Counted from the stretch's first letter, positions 49,594-58,906 are shown. The stretch is 64,000 nucleotides of DNA from an uncultured Candidatus Saccharibacteria bacterium (GCA_964596595.1 CAZQUI010000003.1:979-64978), one strand, 5' to 3'. Numbers and translations: made by a program. Notes: generated by a model from the letters alone, not told the origin.

Positions 49594-49767
49594 ATGTGCA
49601 GTTTATACTAAAATTTAGAGAAAGAAAATGAGGTTATTTTCATCATATAAATAAATTCACAATCAATCTCAATATATCTAAAATAAAATCAATAAATATT
49701 CATTGCGAGAGATGATAATTGATTCAGGACTTTTAAAACATGATAATTATAAGTATAATATAAATCA

Positions 49768-50163
49768 ATGAAAAAATACTTTCAAAAATGGCACGATAAA
49801 AAATCCGTAATTGACCAAATCGAGAAACGTCCCTTTTTCCACGAAGGTGAGATTTGGTGGTGCACTCTTGGGGTGAATATAGGATTTGAGCAAGACGGCG
49901 GAGGCGATGATTATCTTCGTCCGGTAATTATCTATAAGAAATTCAATAATGAGGTCTTCTGGGCTATTCCACTTACTCATACTAATAAGAAGACCAAATA
50001 TTACTTCCAGCTCACAAAAGAAAGTGATGCTCCAACGAGTTCGGCTATTTTGTCCCAAATACGCTTAGTAGATGCAAGGCGCTTGAGCCACAAGCTTAAG
50101 GTTAATGTTAGTAAAGATGATTTTTCTGCCTTAACAAAAAAATTCAAGACATTGCTACCTTGA
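49768..50163 (+). CDS. MazF/PemK-like endoribonuclease toxin-fold protein, with no adjacent antitoxin ORF
   Basis: GEIWWCTLGVNIGFEQDG...RPVIIYKKF...VFWAIPLTHT...IRLVDARRL matches the PemK/MazF pattern (RPvlV...v.P.TS...R). Confidence 0.5.
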   Translation: MKKYFQKWHDKKSVIDQIEKRPFFHEGEIWWCTLGVNIGFEQDGGGDDYLRPVIIYKKFNNEVFWAIPLTHTNKKTKYYFQLTKESDAPTSSAILSQIRLVDARRLSHKLKVNVSKDDFSALTKKFKTLLP

Positions 50164-50295
50164 ATCTTTCTTGTTACCCCTACCTTGCGGTAGAGTCGGG
50201 CCGAAGCCGTTTGTATCTATAGACTATCATAATTGCAGAAAATTACAAAGGGTTGGAGATTGTATAAGAAATTGATAATATATAGGTATTCAGAC

Positions 50296-50342
50296 AAAAA
50301 GGGGTCCAAACGGCTAACTATCTAAGGCACCCTTTTCTTTTT
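50296..50342. terminator. imperfect bidirectional hairpin plus T-runs between convergent genes
   Basis: aaaaggggtcc ... ggcaccctttt imperfect stem with T-runs on both strands. Confidence 0.35.
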
Positions 50343-50427
50343 GTCAAAATATCTTTCTTTTACAATAAGAATTTTCTAACTGTTTTAATTCTACATTTTT
50401 TTAAAATTTTAAAACTCCTCGGAATGT

Positions 50428-50943
50428 TTAAAAATTGAGTTTAACGTTTTTTCCACGATATACTAAATAGATTCCCTTCCAACAATTACAAAGATTAACA
50501 TTTTGAACTGCCCAAGCGGACAGTTCCTTGTCTAAAGTCTCCCAATCACGTCCACCAGTGCTCAGCACATCAATAAGTAGAACTGTGTTGGAATCAGAAC
50601 GAATTGATTTTTTATCAAGCGTGCCTCTTAACAAAATTTCAGCGACGTTACTAATGTCTCGTATTATGAAATAAAGAACACTCTTAGAAGTAACTTGGAG
50701 ACGTTCTTGGGCTGCTTCCTTGTCTCCTTCAGTAATTTGATAATTAATGCCGTTATATCTTATATCTGTTGGCTCTTTTTTATTTAAATCAATGAGTGTT
50801 TCGTTAAAAATAACTGATTTATTATCAAGAAACTTTTTCAGTGTCTCCAATTCTACATCGTCTTGTGTAACTATTTTTGAATGATTCATATACCACTTGA
50901 AGTCCAACCCTATTTCAACCACTCCTCGCATTAGCTCGAGCAC
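50428..50943 (-). CDS. hypothetical cytosolic protein (171 aa)
   Basis: ORF only. It starts at GTG (50943) or at the internal ATG (50931). A long imperfect inverted repeat overlaps the start. Confidence 0.45.
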   Translation of the reverse strand: MLELMRGVVEIGLDFKWYMNHSKIVTQDDVELETLKKFLDNKSVIFNETLIDLNKKEPTDIRYNGINYQITEGDKEAAQERLQVTSKSVLYFIIRDISNVAEILLRGTLDKKSIRSDSNTVLLIDVLSTGGRDWETLDKELSAWAVQNVNLCNCWKGIYLVYRGKNVKLNF

Positions 50944-50999
50944 TGAAATTTTATAGTCACTTCGTTATTATGTACTTCTCGCAGTGCTCTGCTCGAAGC
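50934..50999. promoter_or_regulatory. imperfect inverted repeat overlapping the start codon of the 171-aa ORF
   Basis: gctcgagcactg ... (36 nt) ... cagtgctctgctcgaagc. Confidence 0.35.
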
Positions 51000-51134
51000 A
51001 AATTTTTACGCTTAAAAATTTGGCTGGAGGCACTGGACCAAGTCAGAACTATTATCTTAGAAGGCCGAACGCACTTTGCTTTCAGAAAAGATTTAGCTCT
51101 TATTTGACCCCACCCCGTATATAACTATATTCTC

Positions 51135-51767
51135 TCAAACTTTCTCTAAATAAGAAATGATTACGTCTGTACCCTCCTGAAGGACTCTTACTAACATACG
51201 AGCATTTAGAGACCTTATTTCTTTTTTCTTACCCCTATCCTCAACCCAAGGAACATTTGATATTGAAACATGGTCGAGATTTGATCCTTTACGCCAAACC
51301 ATAGTCCATTCCGTATTACTATCCTTTTCGTGTAGCACATGATTTCTATATCTAAAGGTCTCATGTACATGAATTATCTTTTCCCCGCATGAAGACCAGA
51401 ACTTCTTAAAATCATCAGGCTGGTTCTCTAGGTTTTCCGAAACTGTTTTTACAAAAACACCTATCTTTGTCCAATCTATTTTAGGTGTCGCAGGAATAAA
51501 TAAGGAAGCTATATAAAGCAGCGACTCAGAAAACACTCTACCAAACACATACATAGATTTTAAGTCCAAACCAAGTTGGGTTATATCTTTATCCAAATCA
51601 GCCTTTTCTATTCTTTTCCAGATTATCTCTAAATAATGCCAATCTTTTAGGAGCACACTAAACTGCTTATTAAATTTATTTTCTTTATGAACCCTGTGGT
51701 CCTTAATGGTATTTATGTGTGCCTCAAATTTTCTTATTCTGTCATACAGAGTAGTAATTTCATTCAT
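51135..51767 (-). CDS. hypothetical cytosolic protein (210 aa)
   Basis: ORF only. It contains RNHVLH, a weak Rx4H HEPN-like string, near the C-terminus; this is speculative. Confidence 0.5.
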   Translation of the reverse strand: MNEITTLYDRIRKFEAHINTIKDHRVHKENKFNKQFSVLLKDWHYLEIIWKRIEKADLDKDITQLGLDLKSMYVFGRVFSESLLYIASLFIPATPKIDWTKIGVFVKTVSENLENQPDDFKKFWSSCGEKIIHVHETFRYRNHVLHEKDSNTEWTMVWRKGSNLDHVSISNVPWVEDRGKKKEIRSLNARMLVRVLQEGTDVIISYLEKV

Positions 51768-51782
51768 AAGTTTAGTAACTAA

Positions 51783-52670
51783 TCAGCGAAAGGTTCCAGT
51801 GATATAGCTCGTAACTTCTTGTGACGTATCACCCAATAATTCTCCTGAGTTAGTGTTGTGATCAAGAGTGAAAATGCCATGACCAGTTTTCTCCATAAGC
51901 ATTATAAGAAGTGCGATTGATGCGGCTGAATCGGTATACTGACTTTTAAGTTTAAGCAGTCGGTCTATGTCTTTTGTTCGTATAACCTCCAACGTCACCT
52001 TATCCCTCTCTGAGGCTTCTTCTGCAGTAAGGTGATGAGAGAAATCTACAGGAGCAATTACCACAGCACCATCGCTTACGTACTTCTCAAGCGCATTTGC
52101 GAGCTCCTCTAACTCAGGTTTAGTAATGAGAGCGCTTAGCACCAAGGGAACAACTTTTGCCTGAGGAGTAAAGTAACTTACATAAGGCATCATGCCCTGA
52201 GTAGAATGTTCTTCTACCATAACCTCGTTGTTAAAAGAAACCAGGTTCTTTTGATGTAGGCTATCAAGAATTTGCCGATCAGTTTTCACAACTCCGAATT
52301 TTGTCTCCCAATCATTTGGACTAGAAATTACGAGTGCATTACCTTTCTCATAATGGTTTGGTCCTATTAAGATGATTGTTTGAGGACTTTGTTTAGCGAG
52401 GCGAGCAAACAACTCTCCAATAAGTGATCCTGCGACTAAGTGATGTGGAATAATACCACCCACAAACGGTACTTCGGTCCCTATCGTTCCTGGAACTGGT
52501 AACCCATCGTAAAAAGCCTTTTCTTCCCAGAATTTTACTGGCAAAGGACTGCCTACGGGTTCATTGGAGATGTTTCTTGTAGGAGAAGTCTGTTGATTAC
52601 GAGAAACAAGAACAATGAGAACTAGAAGGATGACAACCGCTCCTGAAATAATTGTATATCGTGACCACAT
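51783..52670 (-). CDS. MEMO1-family (AmmeMemoRadiSam system protein B-like; class III extradiol dioxygenase fold) protein with an N-terminal TM anchor
   Basis: GGIIPHHLVAGSLIG aligns with the MEMO block IIAPHAGYTYCG. LIGPNHY aligns with ILGPSHH. IAPVDFSHHL aligns with VVSSDFCHWG. The C-terminal Gly-rich end is similar to MEMO. N-terminal TM ISGAVVILLVLIVLV. Confidence 0.6.
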   Translation of the reverse strand: MWSRYTIISGAVVILLVLIVLVSRNQQTSPTRNISNEPVGSPLPVKFWEEKAFYDGLPVPGTIGTEVPFVGGIIPHHLVAGSLIGELFARLAKQSPQTIILIGPNHYEKGNALVISSPNDWETKFGVVKTDRQILDSLHQKNLVSFNNEVMVEEHSTQGMMPYVSYFTPQAKVVPLVLSALITKPELEELANALEKYVSDGAVVIAPVDFSHHLTAEEASERDKVTLEVIRTKDIDRLLKLKSQYTDSAASIALLIMLMEKTGHGIFTLDHNTNSGELLGDTSQEVTSYITGTFR

Positions 52671-52673
52671 TCT

Positions 52674-55600
52674 TTATTGAGGTAAATTAGGAGGAGTTAT
52701 TTGTTGCTTTTGTTTATATCGACGTACTCCGATAAATGCTCCGGCTGCTGCAAAAATAACTACGATAGCAATAAGAATGTTACTTCCATTTGAACTTGAA
52801 GATGAACCTTCAACAGCAGCTGTTCTTGGGTTATCATCGATAGTGACTTTTGTTGCACCGGTTCGTCCGTATACATCTGGATCGTACATTAGGAATGCAG
52901 TTGCAGGTGGAGTGTTATATACACCTCGACTTATAACCCGAGCTTTATAAGTAAATTCGACTATTCCATCATCCACATAATCAAATGATGTGATCATACC
53001 TTCCTTAGTAATCTCTTGAGCAGAAGGATAATCTCGTCCATCATAATAATTTCCATAGAAATCATTTGTAGACGAATATTCATTCTTGAACATTGGATTT
53101 ATTGGAACTAATCCCGCAGGCAATACATCTTCAATGACTAAGTATCGGCTACCAGCAGGTAGGCCGCTAACTTTCAGTCTTACTTCAACTGTTTGTCCTA
53201 CAAGGAAATCACCTTTGTAGTTTCGTTCCATTTTTAGATTATCCGCAACAGGCTTTGGCTCTCGATTTGTTTTGAATTCATCTACAACAAGAGTAGAGTA
53301 GAGTTCTCCTTGACCTGACTTTCCAATTGAAAGTTGCTGGCTTCCTGAAGTAATAGAGGTTATTGGAATAGAAATAGTTATCTCCTGGGTTAATGAATTG
53401 ATTTTACCCTGAGCAATATCTTTGTCTCCTAAACGGACCTGGTAATCGACATTCGGAGTTGTGCCACTGTAAATTTTTGAGAAGTCAGTAAGTGCCTCTA
53501 TTACCTGCGCAGTTGCAAAACTATTTCTCCAATATTCACGTGGTCGATTTTGATATAAATAACGAGCCGCTTGCTCAGCTTCATCTTTTTCACCAGCTAA
53601 GGTTAAAGCTCTAAGAGCTAGGGCAGTTGAAGCTTCAACTGATGGGAAAAACTCGCTATGTCCAGCTGTCCAATGGATCGTATTTTCAGAACGTTCAGCT
53701 TTGTTGATTAGTTCATTGACACCATTTTTTGAATTATCAGTGTAGCCATTTCTAATGTTTGAGATAATAGCAAGAGAAAGAATGTCTGGAGTAACATTTC
53801 TGAAATCTGTAAGCATTACTTTGCCCTTATCTGACCCAAGAAGGGAGAGTGTATAGATTTTAGCAATGCGAATTGAAGGGTCTGTTTCTTTGTCGATTTC
53901 ATACTCAAATCTTTGTTTTGTTCTATTGAGAATTGCTGCATCGACATCATACCCAAGACTTCTAGCTCGTACTAAATACTCAGTCGCATAAGCTGTGACA
54001 AAAGGATTGATCTCTCCCCATTGCCACCAGGTCCATCCACCTCCTGGTTGCGCTAGATCAGTCAATCTTTCTATTCCTTTCTCTACCATCTCATCCAAAT
54101 CGTTACGTTGTATAAATGATCCGAAAAGATCAGAATGTTCTTTCGCTAGAACAGCAGGAATAAATCGACTTGTTGTTTGTTCAATGCAACCATAAGGATA
54201 GTTGACCAAGTACTCCATCGCAGTTGGTAGTGTTCCTAAGAATGAAGAAGCTAAAGACAATGTCGCTTTCGATTTTGTTGGGCTGGCACCTTCACTAAGA
54301 GCTAAGGGGAACATTGCAGAATCCCGACCTACTTTTGCATACTTTTCAAAGAAGCCAAACTCCTCAACAGGTAGAGGTACCGTTACGGAATCTCTTTCAC
54401 CTGAGCCTTGTTTTTCAACTGATACATTCACTGTGGCAGCAGGATCAGGTGTTGTTGGGGTAACTTTCCAGAGAAGATTTTTTAGACCTCTTATTGGCAG
54501 ATCAAAGGCTTGAGTTGAGGAACCAAATGCTGTGAAGTTGAAAGAAGCTAGGAAATTTCCAGGCGAATCAGTAAAGTTGTGAGCAATTGATGCTAGTTCA
54601 AAAGTATCTCCCGCTCGCAAGAAATTAGGTAATGCTGGACGTACTATTACTGGTTTGGTAACCACGATTTCAGTTCTAGTTTCACCTACCTGAGTAAGAT
54701 TAGTAACGGCCACCGCATTCATAACCCAAGTCGTTAGATTATCCGGTAGTGTAAAGGTGACAGAGGCGCGACCATTAACATCTGTACGAACTGATGGATT
54801 CCAGTATGCTGTGTCCTTAAAAAGGGTCCTGCTCTCACCATCACCTTTATCATTATGTACCCAAATATTTCCAGCAAAGTAAGTGTGGTAACGTTCAATC
54901 TCAAGATTGTATACAGGCGTAACTCCTCTTTGCCATTCGATTGAACCAATAGCTAATTCCTCTCCTTTAGATGTAGTTACCTTATCTCCAATTTGAATAT
55001 CGCCAGCTACAGTCCATTTGTCATTTACCCAGAGTACATGTTCTGGAGTCACTTTCAAATCATGGTTGAGAATCAAGTAACCTGGAACAGTTGTCTCGTG
55101 AACAGCTTTTATTTTCGCACGAACTAATGTTGAGCTGTCATTACTTTCTTTGGTAAGAACAGTGTCTCCAACTTTTAAATCTTTTATAGGTACAGACCCA
55201 TTAGGAGTAAGAACTAGAGTGTCTCCAACAAAGCATCCTTTTTCAGCACCATTTGAAGAAATACCTTCAAATGAATGTGCGAAAGAAGTGGAGTTATAAC
55301 GACGATACCAAAAGGCATCGAATATAGGCTGACGAACTTCATTCATGAGCTCATAGAGGGATTTATCTACAGTCCATACTGCTACATCTGCCGACAAAGG
55401 ATTACCATTTACATCCGTAGTTGTTAAATCAAGCGTTACCTTTTCACCTGGAGCATACTTAGTGACATCTTCACGTAATTTAAGTGCAACAGCGACTTTT
55501 TTACTATCAGCCGAGACGGTTAGATCTTGAGTATTGTAATCAAAACTTTCTCCTGAAAAACTTGAAGCAGTAACAATGATATTTGGGATGTCTGTTGATA

Positions 55601-57752
55601 TTATTGGAACGGCCACTTGAGCAGATTTCCCCTTAAGTACTGCAATTTGGTAGCGATGAACACCATCACGTTCCAGCGACACAAAGACGTCTCTATCTGA
55701 AACTTCTGAAGTAATAGTGAACTGTGCTACTTCCCCTGGTTTATATTCTTTCTTATCAGCAGTGAGTGAAATTTTCTTCTGATATTGATTGTCATAGACT
55801 AATTCATTTTCTGATACTACCCATATTGAAAATTCTCGCTCAACCCGATTACCCCTACTATCAATATAAGAAACTTTGAAGATATGAGAGCCTGGATTAT
55901 TTGGAACGAAATTAATAACTGCTTCACCATTGGCATTACTTGTAACAGTAAAATTCTTTAATGACTCCGTATGGTCCTCATAGACAAAGAGAGGGCTGTA
56001 CTTACCTGGTTTACGGTCTGGATTTATTTTTCTTGTCCACCAATGTCTGCGTGGTTCAACTGAAAGTTGGACTCCTGACACAGAAGCGTTCGAATTAGCT
56101 AGAAGCTTTAATGGGAGAGAAATAGGTTCTCCAACTCTTGAACCGTAGCGATAAGATGATCGATAAACCGAATATTCACCAGCATGAACCAGTACATTTT
56201 TCTTGGTAACAGATGGGTTTCCGCTCTCATCAATGTAGCTGGCCTCGAAAACAAGAACGTGATCCTTACCATCAGATAATGCAGGGAGATTACGAGTGTC
56301 TAATTCGACAGAGGTCATGCCTTTTTCATCGAGCACAACACTATCTTCTTTGATTCTTTGCCCTCCCCAATACCCGTATTGGTATCTATCATCAAGATTA
56401 GTGCTAGAAGATGGAGAAAGGTAATAGTCACTTTCATAAAAATCAGCTGATGACACTGTGTACTTAACAGTTTGATTTGAAATAGGCTGACCAAAGAAAT
56501 ATTGACCAGAGATTGTATATTGAGCTTTATCACCTCTGATAATCTCCGGTGTATTCGTATCAACATTTATACTGTATTCAGGTTTTCTATAATGCTCCAC
56601 ATAAAAGGTAGTCAGACCACGCAACCATTGTGTGCGTTCTATTTCTTGATTTGTTGCAACCTCAACCTGATAGAAGCCAGTCGGTGAGGATTCTGGTAGA
56701 ACATATGATCCAGAAACTGTTCCCTCTGGGGATATTGGAATGTCACGTTCATATACGGCCTCATTCGTATCGTAATTTCGCAATACTCGTACATGTGCTG
56801 TTCCTGAAGGGATGGTGTAAGTAGCGTCATTATCATTTCTGACAATTGCTTTGAAATATACAGTATCGCCTGGCTTATAAAGAGGGCGATCGGTAAAAAG
56901 ATAATATTTTCGAGAAATAGTATCTGGACCAAAATCTTCGTACCTATATGAACTTGGCAAATTCAAGACCAGTAAAGCTAAATCATTGCCAGAACTTATT
57001 AAAGCAATGTCTCCTGCTTTATTAACCGGAAGACGAGCAACGCCTGTAGCATCAAAATTAGCTGAGCCGATTGTTGTCGGTGTATTTTCTAGATTGTAGA
57101 CGGCTATAGAACCCGAACCGACACTTTTTCCTGTACGTAATGATTGCTGCCAAACAATCAAATCATTATTACCTTCTCTTATTAGTCCTCCGATGTTTGA
57201 TCGGAGAATCACTGCATCGTTATAGGAATTATCATCCATCGTTGCACGTACCAACCAGAGACCAGTATCACTTATCGGAAGACTGACTTTTTGTTCTGCA
57301 GCTCCAGCATATGAAAGTTCAGTTACAAACTCCAAACCAGCAATGTCGAATGGTTTGGTATTGTAGTTTTCATACCCATTCTGATTCTTTTCTTTTGTAT
57401 ACGTTAAAAATTTAAGTAGATCTTCTTTATCAATACGATATAACGAAACTTTTAGTTGCTTGTGGAGTACTAGTCCATTGTAGTACTTCGAAATATTTAC
57501 AGCGGGTTCTTCGCTCGGTCCAAGAACGATGACTGACTGCGAACCATAATTGTTCTCTTTGTTTGCATTTGTAATTCGAATTTCTCCTGATCGCGACAAA
57601 CCCTGTGCGTATGGAGCCAAACTTACAAAAGCTATTACTGCTAGTACAAAAAAGCCAGCTAAAGAAACTCGACCTTTGCTGGTTTGAAACTGCTTTTTTA
57701 ATAAAAAACCTATCTGACTTAAGCGCTGGACCAGGCGATGACCATTTTTCAT
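52674..57752 (-). CDS. bacterial alpha-2-macroglobulin-family protein with a thioester (CIEQ), an embedded Hint/BIL domain and a C-terminal TM anchor
   Basis: Thioester-domain signature LVNYPYGCIEQTTSRF (Cys codon at 54186-54188). GGWTWWQW and the alpha/alpha-toroid region lie downstream. The N-terminal half is long and beta-rich (MG-like). Signal/TM at the N-terminus. C-terminal ILIAIVVIFAAAGAFIGV followed by RRYKQKQ. The start is placed at MKNGHRLVQ; the track ORF begins 57 nt upstream at 57809. Confidence 0.8.
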   Translation of the reverse strand: MKNGHRLVQRLSQIGFLLKKQFQTSKGRVSLAGFFVLAVIAFVSLAPYAQGLSRSGEIRITNANKENNYGSQSVIVLGPSEEPAVNISKYYNGLVLHKQLKVSLYRIDKEDLLKFLTYTKEKNQNGYENYNTKPFDIAGLEFVTELSYAGAAEQKVSLPISDTGLWLVRATMDDNSYNDAVILRSNIGGLIREGNNDLIVWQQSLRTGKSVGSGSIAVYNLENTPTTIGSANFDATGVARLPVNKAGDIALISSGNDLALLVLNLPSSYRYEDFGPDTISRKYYLFTDRPLYKPGDTVYFKAIVRNDNDATYTIPSGTAHVRVLRNYDTNEAVYERDIPISPEGTVSGSYVLPESSPTGFYQVEVATNQEIERTQWLRGLTTFYVEHYRKPEYSINVDTNTPEIIRGDKAQYTISGQYFFGQPISNQTVKYTVSSADFYESDYYLSPSSSTNLDDRYQYGYWGGQRIKEDSVVLDEKGMTSVELDTRNLPALSDGKDHVLVFEASYIDESGNPSVTKKNVLVHAGEYSVYRSSYRYGSRVGEPISLPLKLLANSNASVSGVQLSVEPRRHWWTRKINPDRKPGKYSPLFVYEDHTESLKNFTVTSNANGEAVINFVPNNPGSHIFKVSYIDSRGNRVEREFSIWVVSENELVYDNQYQKKISLTADKKEYKPGEVAQFTITSEVSDRDVFVSLERDGVHRYQIAVLKGKSAQVAVPIISTDIPNIIVTASSFSGESFDYNTQDLTVSADSKKVAVALKLREDVTKYAPGEKVTLDLTTTDVNGNPLSADVAVWTVDKSLYELMNEVRQPIFDAFWYRRYNSTSFAHSFEGISSNGAEKGCFVGDTLVLTPNGSVPIKDLKVGDTVLTKESNDSSTLVRAKIKAVHETTVPGYLILNHDLKVTPEHVLWVNDKWTVAGDIQIGDKVTTSKGEELAIGSIEWQRGVTPVYNLEIERYHTYFAGNIWVHNDKGDGESRTLFKDTAYWNPSVRTDVNGRASVTFTLPDNLTTWVMNAVAVTNLTQVGETRTEIVVTKPVIVRPALPNFLRAGDTFELASIAHNFTDSPGNFLASFNFTAFGSSTQAFDLPIRGLKNLLWKVTPTTPDPAATVNVSVEKQGSGERDSVTVPLPVEEFGFFEKYAKVGRDSAMFPLALSEGASPTKSKATLSLASSFLGTLPTAMEYLVNYPYGCIEQTTSRFIPAVLAKEHSDLFGSFIQRNDLDEMVEKGIERLTDLAQPGGGWTWWQWGEINPFVTAYATEYLVRARSLGYDVDAAILNRTKQRFEYEIDKETDPSIRIAKIYTLSLLGSDKGKVMLTDFRNVTPDILSLAIISNIRNGYTDNSKNGVNELINKAERSENTIHWTAGHSEFFPSVEASTALALRALTLAGEKDEAEQAARYLYQNRPREYWRNSFATAQVIEALTDFSKIYSGTTPNVDYQVRLGDKDIAQGKINSLTQEITISIPITSITSGSQQLSIGKSGQGELYSTLVVDEFKTNREPKPVADNLKMERNYKGDFLVGQTVEVRLKVSGLPAGSRYLVIEDVLPAGLVPINPMFKNEYSSTNDFYGNYYDGRDYPSAQEITKEGMITSFDYVDDGIVEFTYKARVISRGVYNTPPATAFLMYDPDVYGRTGATKVTIDDNPRTAAVEGSSSSSNGSNILIAIVVIFAAAGAFIGVRRYKQKQQITPPNLPQ
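54852..55235 (-). other. Hint (intein-like / BIL) domain of about 128 aa inside the A2M-like protein (residues about 859-986 of the track ORF)
   Basis: Block A is CFVGDTLVLTPNGSVPIKDLKVGD. Block B is LKVTPEHVLWV (TxxH). The C-terminal blocks are VYNLEIERYHTYFAGNIWVHN, ending His-Asn. The next residue is Asp rather than a Cys/Ser/Thr nucleophile, and there is no homing-endonuclease insert. Confidence 0.7.
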
Positions 57753-57789
57753 TTTAATTGTAATTAATAATTGAGAACAATTTATAATT

Positions 57790-58906
57790 CGATGGCTAAA
57801 CTGTAGCACAAAAACGTTTTACATGTCGAAATATTACTAGCCCAAAATATGTCAAAATGTCTCAAAACAAACAGCTCGACCCAAGAACAAGACAACGACT
57901 TCGCTGGATTGAACACTATAAGGAAATAACCAAACAAGTCTCTCTAACCTGCCGGTATTTCGGTATCAGTCGTGGCACGTTCTGCATCTGGTATCATCGT
58001 TACCTGTCGCTTGGGATTGAAGGTCTCAAAAACAAATCCTCAAGACCCCACAAGATCCACCCTTGGATACCAAAGGATGTGAGAGATACTATCATTGAAC
58101 TGCGCCTACAACGTAAATATGGTCCAATTAGGATGTCTTCGTATATCAAACAGAAATATAACTGGTTTGTCTCTGCCAGAACGATCTGGAGACTCTACAA
58201 GGAGCATGGGTTGAATCGTCTGAAATACAAGAAAAATTGGCAGAGGTATCCTCAGCACTACGCCAAACCTAATCCAGGCGACAGAGTCCAAATAGACGTT
58301 AAATTCCTTGATAGATTGGAAAATGGCAAACGATACTATCAGTTCACTGCCATTGATGACTGTACTAGATACCGAGTGCTAAGGATCTATGACCACAACA
58401 CTGTTCAAAATGCTTCCGACTTCATCGACAAAGTAAAGAATGCTCTACCGTTTGCGATCAAGCAGGTGCAGACTGACAATGGTAGCGAGTTTTCCGAGAA
58501 ATTCAGTTGGCATATGGATGACCTGGGCATTACACACAGGAAAACGAAGATTTGTTCGCAAGAAGAGAATGGAAAAGTTGAACGCAGTCACAAAACTGAT
58601 CAGGCAGAGTTCTACGGCATTAATCGTTTTGTTTCGATTGATCACTGTATGAAGCTTCTCAAACAGTGGGAGAAAGAATACAATGAGTACAGGCCTCACA
58701 TGGCACTCAAAGGAAAAACTCCTAGAGAATTTCTCGAAGAAAAACTACGAGGTCATGTGTCAAATCAGGCACTTACAGTGCCACTCAAAAGTGTTCAAGA
58801 GGTACGGAGAATTCTACATAGGGTCTGTGAATGACTTTTTGGGAAGTTCGAGCCCATGACTGGTTCTCAAAACTTCTTGATCGAAACGGCATTTTTAGCC
58901 GTCTCG
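57790..58906 (+). mobile_element. IS481-family insertion sequence
   Basis: Single rve/DDE transposase ORF. Candidate terminal inverted repeats are TCGATGGCTAAACTGTA (left, about 57791) and the reverse complement of CATTTTTAGCCGTCTCGA (right, about 58888-58906), which share TCGA.(C/T)GGCTAAA. The ends are approximate. Confidence 0.6.
57857..58834 (+). CDS. IS481-family transposase (integrase catalytic core, DDE)
   Basis: N-terminal HTH; catalytic D (QIDVKF), D (FTAIDDCTRY) and E (NGKVERSHKT); C-terminal YNEYRPHMALKGKTP typical of IS481/IS3-group integrase cores. Confidence 0.85.
   Translation: MSQNKQLDPRTRQRLRWIEHYKEITKQVSLTCRYFGISRGTFCIWYHRYLSLGIEGLKNKSSRPHKIHPWIPKDVRDTIIELRLQRKYGPIRMSSYIKQKYNWFVSARTIWRLYKEHGLNRLKYKKNWQRYPQHYAKPNPGDRVQIDVKFLDRLENGKRYYQFTAIDDCTRYRVLRIYDHNTVQNASDFIDKVKNALPFAIKQVQTDNGSEFSEKFSWHMDDLGITHRKTKICSQEENGKVERSHKTDQAEFYGINRFVSIDHCMKLLKQWEKEYNEYRPHMALKGKTPREFLEEKLRGHVSNQALTVPLKSVQEVRRILHRVCE

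Noticed and set aside
49600-50400. Direct repeat of the tRNA-Gln 3-prime end marking the distal island boundary
   Set aside because: I looked for tgcgggacttggattcgaa-like sequence near the MazF-like gene and the 50.2-50.3 kb spacer and did not see one. The island hypothesis is kept but without att evidence.
54852-55235. Canonical splicing intein inside the A2M-like gene
   Set aside because: The domain has Cys1 and a terminal His-Asn. The following residue is Asp, not Cys, Ser or Thr, and there is no homing-endonuclease domain. It is therefore treated as a Hint/BIL-type autoprocessing domain rather than a true intein.
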